Shown here in pieces: positions 1 to 9,250 of a stretch of 60,632 bases of DNA. The notes below the pieces were generated by a model that was not told where the DNA came from, made no database searches, and saw nothing but the letters and a program-made list of their open reading frames with translations. The DNA is taken from the sequence record SRR22947727_834. The stretch is one strand, 5' to 3'. The translations under genes and the position numbers were made by a program. The first letter of the stretch is position 1. Each line of letters starts with the position of its first letter.

Positions 1-681
1 TGTGGCCATGCGCCGGATGAGGTCCGTGCCCAGCACGGTGATTTCGACGCTATGTTTGCCACTTTGTTTCAAAGCTATGACTTCACCTTCCAAACCTGGA
101 ACGTGGTGGATGGAGATTTTCCCGCCGCCATTGACGCGGCAGACGGATGGTTGATCTCCGGCTCCAAACATGGCGCCTATGAGGATCACGCTTTTATCCC
201 TCCTTTGAGTGAATTAATCCGCGAGATCTATGCCAGCGCGCGCCCTATGGTGGGCATATGCTTTGGCCACCAGATCATAGCGCAAGCGCTGGGGGGGCGC
301 GTGGAGAAATTTGAAGGGGGCTGGGCTATTGGCCGACATGACTACAGCTTTAATGGCCATGGCTCGGTGACGTTGAATGCTTGGCATCAAGATCAGGTCA
401 CGACCCTACCTCCCGAAGCGCAGGTCATCGGCAGCAGCCCATTTTGCCAATTCGCCGCGCTGATTTATGGGCAAAAAGCTTTTACGGTTCAGCCGCACCC
501 CGAGTTCAGCAATTCAGTCTTCGATGATTATGTGAAATCGCGACGCTCAAGCCCAGTCTATCCGCCGGCCTTCATGGAACGCGCGGATCAATTGCGCGAT
601 GTACCGATCCAGAATTCCGCAATTGCGCAGGATATAGCCGCCTTCCTCAAAGGAAAATATATACCGGAGATACGCTCATGA
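1..681 (+). CDS. Class I glutamine amidotransferase (PuuD-like gamma-glutamyl-amide hydrolase candidate), 5'-truncated by window edge
   Basis: GICFGHQ nucleophile Cys and HPE motif; frame is open from base 1 (CGHAPDEVRAQHGDFDAM), so the true start lies before the window; ATGA overlap with next gene. Confidence 0.85.
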   Translation, partial: CGHAPDEVRAQHGDFDAMFATLFQSYDFTFQTWNVVDGDFPAAIDAADGWLISGSKHGAYEDHAFIPPLSELIREIYASARPMVGICFGHQIIAQALGGRVEKFEGGWAIGRHDYSFNGHGSVTLNAWHQDQVTTLPPEAQVIGSSPFCQFAALIYGQKAFTVQPHPEFSNSVFDDYVKSRRSSPVYPPAFMERADQLRDVPIQNSAIAQDIAAFLKGKYIPEIRS

Positions 682-2030
682 GTTGGAAAGACAGCCTACC
701 GGCCAGTGCCAAAGCCTATATTGGCGAGCGGCAATTGGATGAGGTCGAATGCGTCATTTCCGATTTTCCGGGCGTGGCGCGCGGCAAAGCGGTTCCGGCC
801 TCAAAATTTGCCAAACAAGAGCATTTCTATCTGCCCAACTCAATTTTCCTGCAAACGCTCACGGGCGAATGGGCGGAAGCGGCAGGCGAGGAGGGCTGGG
901 TGGAGCCTGATATGACACTGCGCCCCGACCTCGACACCGCCACCGCAGCACCTTGGGCGACCGATGCCACCTTGCAGGTCATTCATGATGCCTATGATCG
1001 CGATGGTGCGCCGATCCCAACCGCGCCGCGCAATGTCCTCAAGCGCGTGGTTCAATTGTTCCGCGACAAGGGGCTTGAGCCTGTGGTTGCGCCAGAGATG
1101 GAATTTTTTCTTGTTGCCCGCAACACAGATCCGGCGCAACCGATTGTGCCAATGATGGGGCGCTCAGGCCGGCCAGCGGCGGCGCATCAAGCCTACTCGC
1201 TTTCCGCCGTTGATGAATATGGCCCGGTGATCGATGATATTTATGACTTTGCTGAGGCCCAAGGCTTTGAAATTGATGGCATTACCCAAGAGGGCGGCGC
1301 GGGTCAGGTTGAGATCAATCTGCGCCATGGTGATCCGGTGAAACTCGCCGATGAGGTGTTCTTTTTCAAACGCCTGATCCGCGAAGCGGCCTTGAAACAC
1401 GATTGTTTTGCAACATTCATGGCCAAGCCCATCGCCGATGAACCCGGCTCCGCCATGCACATTCACCACTCATTTTTGGACGCAGATGGCGACAATATTT
1501 TTGTCGGCCCACAGGGCGGTGAGACTGATGTTTTTTACCATATGATCGCCGGGCTGCAAAATCATCTGCCATCGGTCATTGCCATGCTGGCGCCCTATGT
1601 GAACAGCTACCGGCGCTACGTCAAAGATCACGCCGCCCCAATCAACCTCGAATGGGCCCGCGACAATCGCACCACAGGAATTCGCATCCCCCTGTCTTCA
1701 CCGAAGTCACGCCGGATTGAAAACCGTCTGGCAGGAATGGATTGCAATCCCTATCTTGGCATCGCCGCCTCCCTGGCCTGTTGCTATCTTGGGCTTGAAG
1801 ATCAGGAGCGCCCCGACAAACAATATCGAGGTGACGCCTATGACAGCGAAGAGGCGATCCCGTACGACCTCTTCACCGCCATGGATATTTTTGATGAGGC
1901 CAAGCGCCTGCATGAGGTGCTTGATCCCGAATTTGCCCGGGTCTATTCGATCGTCAAGCGCACGGAATATAGCGAATTTTTGCAGGTCATTTCCACTTGG
2001 GAGCGCGAGCATCTGTTACTGAATGTCTGA
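678..2030 (+). CDS. Glutamine synthetase family protein (gamma-glutamylpolyamine synthetase, PuuA/PauA-like)
   Basis: GS motifs PEMEFF, EGGAGQVEINL, ATFMAKP, GSAMHIH, RIENR..G.D.NPY; flanked by GATase and PuuB-like oxidase. Confidence 0.9.
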   Translation: MSWKDSLPASAKAYIGERQLDEVECVISDFPGVARGKAVPASKFAKQEHFYLPNSIFLQTLTGEWAEAAGEEGWVEPDMTLRPDLDTATAAPWATDATLQVIHDAYDRDGAPIPTAPRNVLKRVVQLFRDKGLEPVVAPEMEFFLVARNTDPAQPIVPMMGRSGRPAAAHQAYSLSAVDEYGPVIDDIYDFAEAQGFEIDGITQEGGAGQVEINLRHGDPVKLADEVFFFKRLIREAALKHDCFATFMAKPIADEPGSAMHIHHSFLDADGDNIFVGPQGGETDVFYHMIAGLQNHLPSVIAMLAPYVNSYRRYVKDHAAPINLEWARDNRTTGIRIPLSSPKSRRIENRLAGMDCNPYLGIAASLACCYLGLEDQERPDKQYRGDAYDSEEAIPYDLFTAMDIFDEAKRLHEVLDPEFARVYSIVKRTEYSEFLQVISTWEREHLLLNV

Positions 2031-3327
2031 TTTTCTCTACGCCAATGATCAACCGGGCCGCTATCCCGCCAGCTGGTATGCTCAAAACATTCCCGAGCAC
2101 CCGGCCCGGCCCGCACTTACAGATGTGATATCTTGTGATGTCTGCATCATTGGTGCAGGCTTCACAGGATTGTCCTGCGCGCTTCATTTGGCGCAAAAGG
2201 GCTATCATGTCATCGTGTTGGATGCGCATAGGGTAGGCTTCGGCGCCTCCGGCCGCAACGGCGGGCAAGTGGGATCTGGGTACAACCAAAGTCAACAGAC
2301 GCTTGAAAAGACACTGGGCCATGATGCGGCCCATCAGCTTTGGGATATGGCACAGGCCGCCAAATCTCTGACACAAGATTTGGCAGCCCGCCACGCGCCA
2401 GAAGCGGGCTATCAACCCGGTGTCGCCGAAGCGGACTTCAACGCAAAAGACCGGGCCAGCAGCCATGCAAAGGTGGATTATCTGGCCCGGCATTATGCCT
2501 ATGAAAAGATTGATTGCCTTAACCAAACGGATATCGCAAATCTCATTAAATCCCCACGCTATGCGGGGGGGATCATTGATTGGGGCGCCGGGCATCTTCA
2601 TCCGCTGCGCTACGCCTTGGGCCTGGCCAATGCCGCTGAGACCGCCGGGGCGCGCATTTTTGAAAACAGTGCGGCAATTTCGGTGCAAGACGGCCCCCCG
2701 AGCCTCGTGCAAACCGCCAAAGGCCAATTGCGCGCCAGCTATGTCGTCCATGCCACCAATGGCTATCACAGCAGCCTCAACCCGCGCCAAGCCGCCAAGG
2801 TCATGCCGATCAATAACTTTCTGGTGGCCACAGAGCCGCTGGACCGGCCGCAAGAGGTTTTGAGCAAGCCCATCGCTGTCGCCGATAACCGCTTCGTGCT
2901 CAATTACTATCGCCTCAGCCATGACAATCGGCTGATTTTTGGCGGTGGCGAAAGCTATGGAGCACGGTTTCCAAAAGATATTTTTGCTAAGGTCCGCAGG
3001 CCCCTGTGTGAAATTTTCCCACAGCTGACCGATGTGCCGCTGACCCATGCCTGGGGCGGGACCCTCGGGATCACCACACGGCGTCTGCCGCTTTTTGCCC
3101 GTGTCGGGCCGCAACAGCTCACCGCTTCTGGCTATTCCGGGCATGGGGTGGCTCTGGCGGGATTCGCTGGGCAAGTCTTGGCAGAGACGATTGCGGGAGA
3201 TGCAGAGCGCTTTGACCTTCTGTCCCAGCTTCCCACCCCCTCCTTTCCTGGCGGGCAAAGCCTGCGCGGCCCAATCATGACTTTGGCGATGACATGGTTC
3301 GCTCTGCGCGATAGGCTCGGCCTATGA
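2023..3327 (+). CDS. FAD-dependent oxidoreductase (gamma-glutamylputrescine oxidase PuuB-like)
   Basis: IIGAGFTGLS Rossmann, GASGRNGGQ, HLHPLRY, GYSGHGVA motifs; overlaps GS-like gene. Confidence 0.88.
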   Translation: MSDFLYANDQPGRYPASWYAQNIPEHPARPALTDVISCDVCIIGAGFTGLSCALHLAQKGYHVIVLDAHRVGFGASGRNGGQVGSGYNQSQQTLEKTLGHDAAHQLWDMAQAAKSLTQDLAARHAPEAGYQPGVAEADFNAKDRASSHAKVDYLARHYAYEKIDCLNQTDIANLIKSPRYAGGIIDWGAGHLHPLRYALGLANAAETAGARIFENSAAISVQDGPPSLVQTAKGQLRASYVVHATNGYHSSLNPRQAAKVMPINNFLVATEPLDRPQEVLSKPIAVADNRFVLNYYRLSHDNRLIFGGGESYGARFPKDIFAKVRRPLCEIFPQLTDVPLTHAWGGTLGITTRRLPLFARVGPQQLTASGYSGHGVALAGFAGQVLAETIAGDAERFDLLSQLPTPSFPGGQSLRGPIMTLAMTWFALRDRLGL

Positions 3328-3524
3328 CACAGGTTGCCCCTTGCAGATTCAAAGCAAAATCCGTGCCTGCCACAGGCTGGTTTGGCGTGGCCAATGGCAC
3401 ATGGGCTTGGGCGGGCGCGCCGCCCCAAAATTGCGGCACTGATTTCATCCGGCCTTAACTGTAAAGGCCTCCTGTTTTTGGGCCGGCGGCCTGCCCTCCG
3501 GTCCCTCCAAGCAAAGGTCCCCCT

Positions 3525-4892
3525 ATGAAAGACCAATCTCCGAACAGCTGGGAAGCACGGGCTGATGCCCATTCCTTCTACGGCTTCACCGATTTACCAA
3601 CGATTGAAAACCGCGGTGCAACGGTCCTCACCCACGGCCGCGGCCCCTATGTTTTTGACGTGCACGGCCGACAATTTTTAGATGCCAACTCTGGCCTTTG
3701 GAATATGGTTGCCGGATTTGATCATGCCGGTCTCGCACAGGCCGCCAAGGATCAATATGACCGCTTTCCCGGCTATCACGCCTTTTTTGGCCGAATGTCC
3801 GACCAAACTGTGATGCTGTCGGAAAAGCTCGTTGAGGTCTCCCCCTTTGAGAGCGGCAAGGTGTTTTACACCAACTCTGGCTCTGAAGCCAATGACACGA
3901 TGGTCAAAATGCTTTGGTTTCTGCACGGGTCAGAAGGCCATGATCAGCGACGCAAAATTATTACCCGCAAGAATGCCTACCATGGCGTCACGGCGGTCTC
4001 GGCCTCTATGACCGGCAAGCCCTATAACTCTGTCTTCGGCCTGCCTTTGCCCGGCTTTTTGCATCTGACCTGTCCGCATTATTGGCGAGAAGGCCAGCCA
4101 GGCGAAACGGAGGCGCAATTCACCGCGCGGCTTGCGGCTGAATTGGAAGAGATGATCCTGCGCGAGGGCGCAGACACGATTGCCGGTTTCTTTGCAGAAC
4201 CAGTGCTGGGCGCAGGCGGGGTGATTCCACCGCCAGAGGGTTATTTTCAGGCGCTCCAACCCATTTTGCAAAAATATGGTATCCCATTGATTTCCGATGA
4301 GGTGATTTGCGGTTTTGGGCGCACGGGGCATACTTGGGGATGCGAGGCCTATGGGTTTGTACCGGATGCCATCATCAGCTCCAAAAACCTCACGGCTGGA
4401 TATTTCCCCATGGGGGCGGTCATTCTTGGCCCGCAATTGACCCAGCGTTTGCAAGCAGCTTCAGAGGCGATTGAGGAATTCCCGCATGGGTTCACCGCAT
4501 CCGGCCATCCGGTTGGCTCCGCCATCGCATTGAAAGCCATTGATGTCATCATGAATGAAGGGCTGGCTGAGAATGTGCGCCGCCTAACCCCCTATTTCGA
4601 AGCGCATATGCAGCGGCTCCTTGAAAATCCAAATATCGGTGAGGCAAGAGGTAAGGGCTTGATGGGGGCATTGGAGGCCGTGCAAGACAAGGGGAGCAAA
4701 ACCCCCTTCGCCGCAGAGTTGTCTGTCAGTGAGCGGATCGCGAACACCTGCACCGATCACGGGTTGATCTGTCGACCTTTGGGGCAATCTATCGTGCTTT
4801 GCCCGGCGTTCATCTTTACCGAGAGCCATATCGATGAGATGTTTGAAAAGCTGGAAGCGGCTTTGAAACAAGTGTTCCGTGAAGTGGCCTAG
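3525..4892 (+). CDS. Class III PLP-dependent omega-amino acid/amine:pyruvate transaminase
   Basis: DANSGLW, NSGSEAND, AYHG, DEVICGFGRTG, SSKNLT (PLP Lys), HGFTASGHP; closely resembles the Vibrio fluvialis-type amine transaminase as I recall it. Confidence 0.93.
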   Translation: MKDQSPNSWEARADAHSFYGFTDLPTIENRGATVLTHGRGPYVFDVHGRQFLDANSGLWNMVAGFDHAGLAQAAKDQYDRFPGYHAFFGRMSDQTVMLSEKLVEVSPFESGKVFYTNSGSEANDTMVKMLWFLHGSEGHDQRRKIITRKNAYHGVTAVSASMTGKPYNSVFGLPLPGFLHLTCPHYWREGQPGETEAQFTARLAAELEEMILREGADTIAGFFAEPVLGAGGVIPPPEGYFQALQPILQKYGIPLISDEVICGFGRTGHTWGCEAYGFVPDAIISSKNLTAGYFPMGAVILGPQLTQRLQAASEAIEEFPHGFTASGHPVGSAIALKAIDVIMNEGLAENVRRLTPYFEAHMQRLLENPNIGEARGKGLMGALEAVQDKGSKTPFAAELSVSERIANTCTDHGLICRPLGQSIVLCPAFIFTESHIDEMFEKLEAALKQVFREVA

Positions 4893-4899
4893 TCGTCGC

Positions 4900-4923
4900 G
4901 TCGGGCGGGGTCTTCCGCCCGAC
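4900..4923. terminator. Hairpin between convergent transaminase and phaR (probable terminator)
   Basis: GTCGGGCGG-ggtctt-CCGCCCGAC perfect 9-bp stem; no clear U tract. Confidence 0.6.
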
Positions 4924-4929
4924 ATTACC

Positions 4930-5478
4930 TTATAATTTCGACAATTTTTCTTGCAGCTCCGCCAATTGCGATTTGATGTCGTTCAGATCATCGGCACTTT
5001 CATTGGCGCGGCTGTCAGGACGGCTGGTCGGGGTTGAGCCAGCCAGACCGCCGGTCATCGCCTTCATAAATGCCTCTTGCTGAGCCTTCATCATCTCAAA
5101 GCCTGGCATGGCGGCCATAGGATTGACCACTGTGAGATTTTCCATGGCTTTGGATTGCCCATCGCGCAGCATCTCAAAGCTGGCCGCAAGAAATTGCGGT
5201 ACAATCGATGTGGCTTGGGAGGCGTAGGAGCGCACCAAATCCGTCAGAACGTCCACCGGCAATACATTCTCACCACGGCTTTCGTGCTCGGCGATGATTT
5301 GCAGCAAATATTGCCGCGTCAGATCATCGCCAGATTTTAGATCAATGATCTGGACCTCGCGTCCATCTCGAATGAACCCGGCAATATCATCCAGAGTCAC
5401 ATAATCGCTTGATTCGGTGTTGTATAAACGCCGGCTCGCATAACGCTTAATCAGAAGCGGTTGTGTTTTCTTGCTCAT
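4930..5478 (-). CDS. phaR: Polyhydroxyalkanoate synthesis repressor PhaR
   Basis: IKRYASRRLYNT..S.YVTL N-terminal DNA-binding signature; adjacent to phasin and phaC. Confidence 0.95.
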   Translation of the reverse strand: MSKKTQPLLIKRYASRRLYNTESSDYVTLDDIAGFIRDGREVQIIDLKSGDDLTRQYLLQIIAEHESRGENVLPVDVLTDLVRSYASQATSIVPQFLAASFEMLRDGQSKAMENLTVVNPMAAMPGFEMMKAQQEAFMKAMTGGLAGSTPTSRPDSRANESADDLNDIKSQLAELQEKLSKL

Positions 5479-5546
5479 ATCCCAGCCCTTTGCAGCGACT
5501 CACCGCATTTGCGCGGCACTGCGGCAATGCTATGCAAACGCAGCAC

Positions 5547-5580
5547 AAAAAGAAAGGGCGCAGCAAACGCTGCGCCCTTC
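5547..5580 (-). terminator. Rho-independent terminator downstream of phaP
   Basis: Minus strand AAGGGCGCAGC-gttt-GCTGCGCCCTT followed by TCTTTTT. Confidence 0.85.
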
Positions 5581-5635
5581 AATACCGGTTCATCTAAATT
5601 TGGGAGGACAGATAAACCTAACTTTTTATCGTAAC
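5547..5635 (-). ncRNA. Candidate 3'-UTR-derived sRNA of phaP with anti-SD loop
   Basis: Minus-strand stem GGTTTATCTG/TAGATGAACC with loop TCCTCCCAAATT, followed by intrinsic terminator. Confidence 0.45.
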
Positions 5636-6058
5636 TCAGGCAGCTTTTGCAGCTTTACCGGCTTTTTTCATGGCAGCTGTAGCTTCAGCGCTCACTTCTT
5701 TGCCAGCAGCCATCATCAACTCAGCGGAGTCCAGTTGCACTTTTTTCGCAACACCGGCCATAGCAGCCATGTTTTCAGCAGCCATTTCAGCGGAAGAAGA
5801 TGCAAAATCTGTCAATGTCTGCGCGGCAGCGGCAGGATCTGCGTTTATTTTTGACAAGTCAGCAACTTTTTCCAAAGAAGCTTTTGTCCAAGCAGAAGAA
5901 ATCTCGGCCGATTTCATCGCAGCTTCCAAAGCGACTGCAGACATTTTTTCGCCAAAAGCCACTTGAGCTTTGTAGGCATCTTCAAAAGCAGACATATCTA
6001 CTGGGAATTTACCCATCATGTCTTTGAACATCGCGGTGTAATCAGGTGTTTTTGTCAT
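5636..6058 (-). CDS. phaP: Phasin (PHA granule-associated protein)
   Basis: Ala/Lys-rich 140-aa protein between phaC and phaR; ATG at 6058 preceded by GAGGA RBS (ORF track start 6073 is likely too far upstream). Confidence 0.88.
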   Translation of the reverse strand: MTKTPDYTAMFKDMMGKFPVDMSAFEDAYKAQVAFGEKMSAVALEAAMKSAEISSAWTKASLEKVADLSKINADPAAAAQTLTDFASSSAEMAAENMAAMAGVAKKVQLDSAELMMAAGKEVSAEATAAMKKAGKAAKAA

Positions 6059-6101
6059 TTGCTTAATCCTCAAGCGTGTTTTCTCTCTGACACCTATTTA
6101 G

Positions 6102-6148
6102 ATGCTGCGTTGCGGCATTGCAAGTATTTTCTGCACTGCAGCATAAAT
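6102..6148. promoter_or_regulatory. Two PhaR-type operator palindromes upstream of phaP
   Basis: ATGCTGCGTTGCGGCAT (6102-6118) and CTGCACTGCAGCAT (6131-6144) fit CTGC-N3-GC(A/G)G. Confidence 0.7.
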
Positions 6149-7890
6149 TATTTCAACACATACTGCCCAGGCGCATTGCCCAACTTCAGTCCTTTAGGAG
6201 ATTTTGGCTTGCGCGCCTTGATGCTATTGCCGCTTTGCAGCATTAACCAATCTTTCCAAGCAGGCCACCAGCTGCCTGTGGTATGAGCCGCCGAAGACTG
6301 CCAAGCTTCTGGGCTCTCGGCCAAAGACTTCTGGGTGTAATAGCCATATTTATTGCGCTGCGGCGGATTGATGATGCCCGCAACATGACCAGATTCAGCC
6401 AAGATAAAATAGCGGTCAGCCCCGGTCATTTGCTGCACACCCCGGTAGGATTGTGCCCAGGCGGCAATATGATCTGTCTCACAGGCCACTGCGCAGACCG
6501 GCACGTCAATATCGCTCAAGTGCAGCCGCGCTCCGCAGACCTCAAACCCGCCATCGGCGAATTGATTCTTTTGGCAAAGCCCACGCAGATACTCGATCGC
6601 CATACGGCCTGGCAGGTTGGTGCCATCGCCATTCCAATACAGCAGATCAAACGCCGGCGGTGTCTCCCCCATCATATAATGACGAATTGCGGGGCCGTAG
6701 ATCAGATCATTCGAGCGCAAAAAGGAAAAGGTCCGCGACATGAAGAATTTATCTAAGATGCCATGCTCCTCCACCTCATCCGCGATTCCATCCACAAAGT
6801 CATTGCCCAAGAACACCGACATCTCCCCCTGATCGGAAAAGTCTGTCAGAGTGGTAAACAGGGTGGCGGATTTCACCGATGTGTCGCCGCGCTGCGCCAA
6901 AAGCGCCAAGGTTATGGACAAGGTTGTGCCGCCTATACAATAGCCCGTGGCATTGACCTGCGGCACATCGCAAATCTGTTTGACCTGTTCAATTGCCGTC
7001 AGAAACCCATCCTCAATATAGGTTTCGACACCCGTGTCGCGCATCGACGCATCCGGATTAACCCAGCTGACCACAAATAGCGTGAAGCCTTGATCGACGA
7101 TCCATTTGACCAAGCTATTCTCTGGCCGCAGATCCATGATGTAGAATTTATTGATCCAGGGCGGGAAGATCACCAAAGGCACTTCCTGCACCGTTTGCGT
7201 GGTGGGACTATATTGAATCAGCTCAAACAGATGATTGCGGAACACAACTTTACCCGGCGTCGTCGCGATATTGCTGCCGACATCAAAGGCGCCTTGATCG
7301 GCCAGAGTCACCATGAGATCGCCATTATTGGCCTCAATATCTCGCACAAGATTTTCCAACCCCCGCACGAGGCTCTCCCCATCGGTCTCAACCGCCCGGG
7401 CCAAGGCCTGCGGGTTTGTCCCGAGAAAATTGCTTGGGCTGAACATATCCATGATCTGGCGGCTAAAGAAATCCAACTTTTGCCGCTCACGGGTGTCGAG
7501 ATTGTCCATCTGCGCAACGGCCGTTTCCATCGCCTTGGTATTGAGCAAATACTGCTGTTTAATAAAATTAAAATAAGGGTGCTCATCCCACAACGGATCA
7601 GAGAATCTGCGATCTGCTGGCGCGCTTTGACTGTCGACGAAATGCTGTAAAGATTGCCCCCAATAGGCGATTTGTTGCTCGATCATACGGGATGGATTGC
7701 TCATCATCTCCGTGACATAGGCTGTTGCGGCCTTGGTAAACAGATCGTGGCCGGGCCCCTGCAAGGCGGGTCGCACGGGTTTTTTATGGGAAACCGCTGC
7801 CAAAAGCCGCTGGGTCAGCGCCTCGACACGTTGTAAATTTTCAGTCAATCGCTCTAATCCGAGCTCAGTGCTGCCGTTATCAGTTGTCAT
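6148..7890 (-). CDS. phaC: Class I polyhydroxyalkanoate synthase
   Basis: PPWINKFYIMDL, lipase-box GYCIGG, FDLLYWNGD, DHIA, SGHVAG, GSWWP. Confidence 0.96.
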   Translation of the reverse strand: MTTDNGSTELGLERLTENLQRVEALTQRLLAAVSHKKPVRPALQGPGHDLFTKAATAYVTEMMSNPSRMIEQQIAYWGQSLQHFVDSQSAPADRRFSDPLWDEHPYFNFIKQQYLLNTKAMETAVAQMDNLDTRERQKLDFFSRQIMDMFSPSNFLGTNPQALARAVETDGESLVRGLENLVRDIEANNGDLMVTLADQGAFDVGSNIATTPGKVVFRNHLFELIQYSPTTQTVQEVPLVIFPPWINKFYIMDLRPENSLVKWIVDQGFTLFVVSWVNPDASMRDTGVETYIEDGFLTAIEQVKQICDVPQVNATGYCIGGTTLSITLALLAQRGDTSVKSATLFTTLTDFSDQGEMSVFLGNDFVDGIADEVEEHGILDKFFMSRTFSFLRSNDLIYGPAIRHYMMGETPPAFDLLYWNGDGTNLPGRMAIEYLRGLCQKNQFADGGFEVCGARLHLSDIDVPVCAVACETDHIAAWAQSYRGVQQMTGADRYFILAESGHVAGIINPPQRNKYGYYTQKSLAESPEAWQSSAAHTTGSWWPAWKDWLMLQSGNSIKARKPKSPKGLKLGNAPGQYVLK

Positions 7891-7910
7891 GTCGACAAAA
7901 GCCCCCTAGT

Positions 7911-7929
7911 TTGCAGTTGCAGCATAAAT
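7911..7929. promoter_or_regulatory. PhaR-type site in the phaC/phaZ divergent promoter
   Basis: TTGCAGTTGCAGCATAAAT; shares the 12-mer TGCAGCATAAAT with the phaP site (6137-6148). Confidence 0.55.
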
Positions 7930-7990
7930 GAAACTTTAGAATTATCAAAATATAAAGTTGCATAGCCGCCATGCAAGGAGAGAAACGTCA

Positions 7991-9250
7991 ATGCGCTATA
8001 TGGCCACTTACGATATGATGGAAACATTGCGGAACACCAATCAATGGATGGGTGCAACTGCGAAAGCGATGGCCTCCTACCCCATGTTTGCCATGGTCCC
8101 TAACCCCGCTTTTCAGTGGATGTCGGCTTGGGGAGAAGTCACCGAACGGGCCTATGCGCGCATGGTGGTCAAGCCCGGCTGGCGTTTGGATTTTGTCTCA
8201 ACCGAGGATGGTAAAGATCATTTGGTTGAAGTCGAAACCCTATTGGCAAAGCCGTTTGGCGACTTGATCCATTTCGCCGTGCCTGGCCGCAGACCAAGGG
8301 ACCGCAAAGTTCTCCTGGTCGCTCCGATGAGCGGACATTACGCCACGCTCCTGCGCTCCACTGTGCGCAGTCTGCTGCCTGATTGTGAGGTCTACATCAC
8401 GGATTGGCACAATGCCCGCGATATTCCTGTCAGCGCCGGCAAGTTCGATGTGGAAGACTACACCCTCTATCTCGCCGAATTTATTAGAGAACTTGGCTCA
8501 GACACCCATGTCATCGCTGTGTGCCAACCCGGACCAATTGCGCTTGTTGCAACAGCCTATCTCGCCGCCACCACCCCCGAGGCGCAGCCCGCGAGCCTGA
8601 CTTTGATTGGCGGCCCGATTGATCCCGATGCCAATCCAAGCGACGTCACCGACTTTGGCAATCGCGTTCAAATGGGGCAGTTGGAAGAAACTATGATCCA
8701 GCAAGTTGGGTTTCAACATGCCGGTGTTGGCCGCAGGGTCTATCCGGGCCTGCTGCAATTGATGAGCTTCATGTCCATGAACAGCGACACCCACGGCAAG
8801 GCTTTCACCGATCAAATTATCCGCACAGCTCAGGGCGAAGCGCGCGACAATGACAAACACAATCGCTTTTACGATGAATATCTCGCCGTGATGGATATGA
8901 CAGCTGAGTTTTACCTTTCAACGGTGCACCGGATTTTCAAGCAACGCGAAGTGGCGCGCAACGCATTTTATGTGCAAGGAATCCATGCGGATATCTCGAA
9001 AATAACATCCGTTCCCGTGATTGTCGTGGAGGGGGAGAATGATGATATCTCCGCGCCGGGGCAATGTTTGGCCGCGCTGGACCTGCTCACCGGCTTGCCA
9101 GACTCCCTAAAAGCAGCACATCTCGAACCGGGCGCCGGCCACTATGGTATTTTCGCGGGCAAAAGCTGGCGCAATAATATCCGCCCCTTGGTGCTTGAGT
9201 TTATCGCCGGCACACAAGAGCACAGAAAGAAAAAACCATCGAAAGTTTGA
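7991..9250 (+). CDS. phaZ: Intracellular PHB depolymerase
   Basis: APMSGHYATLLR, AVCQP (Cys nucleophile), GGPID, FYDEYLAVMD, GHYGIF; AGGAG RBS before ATG 7991. Confidence 0.94.
   Translation: MRYMATYDMMETLRNTNQWMGATAKAMASYPMFAMVPNPAFQWMSAWGEVTERAYARMVVKPGWRLDFVSTEDGKDHLVEVETLLAKPFGDLIHFAVPGRRPRDRKVLLVAPMSGHYATLLRSTVRSLLPDCEVYITDWHNARDIPVSAGKFDVEDYTLYLAEFIRELGSDTHVIAVCQPGPIALVATAYLAATTPEAQPASLTLIGGPIDPDANPSDVTDFGNRVQMGQLEETMIQQVGFQHAGVGRRVYPGLLQLMSFMSMNSDTHGKAFTDQIIRTAQGEARDNDKHNRFYDEYLAVMDMTAEFYLSTVHRIFKQREVARNAFYVQGIHADISKITSVPVIVVEGENDDISAPGQCLAALDLLTGLPDSLKAAHLEPGAGHYGIFAGKSWRNNIRPLVLEFIAGTQEHRKKKPSKV

Noticed and set aside
1987..3258. 423-aa minus-strand ORF
   Set aside because: Antisense shadow of the PuuB-like gene; no motifs; expected in GC-rich coding DNA
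3395..3411. Sigma54 promoter (TGGCAC) before the transaminase
   Set aside because: No TTGC at the required -12 spacing
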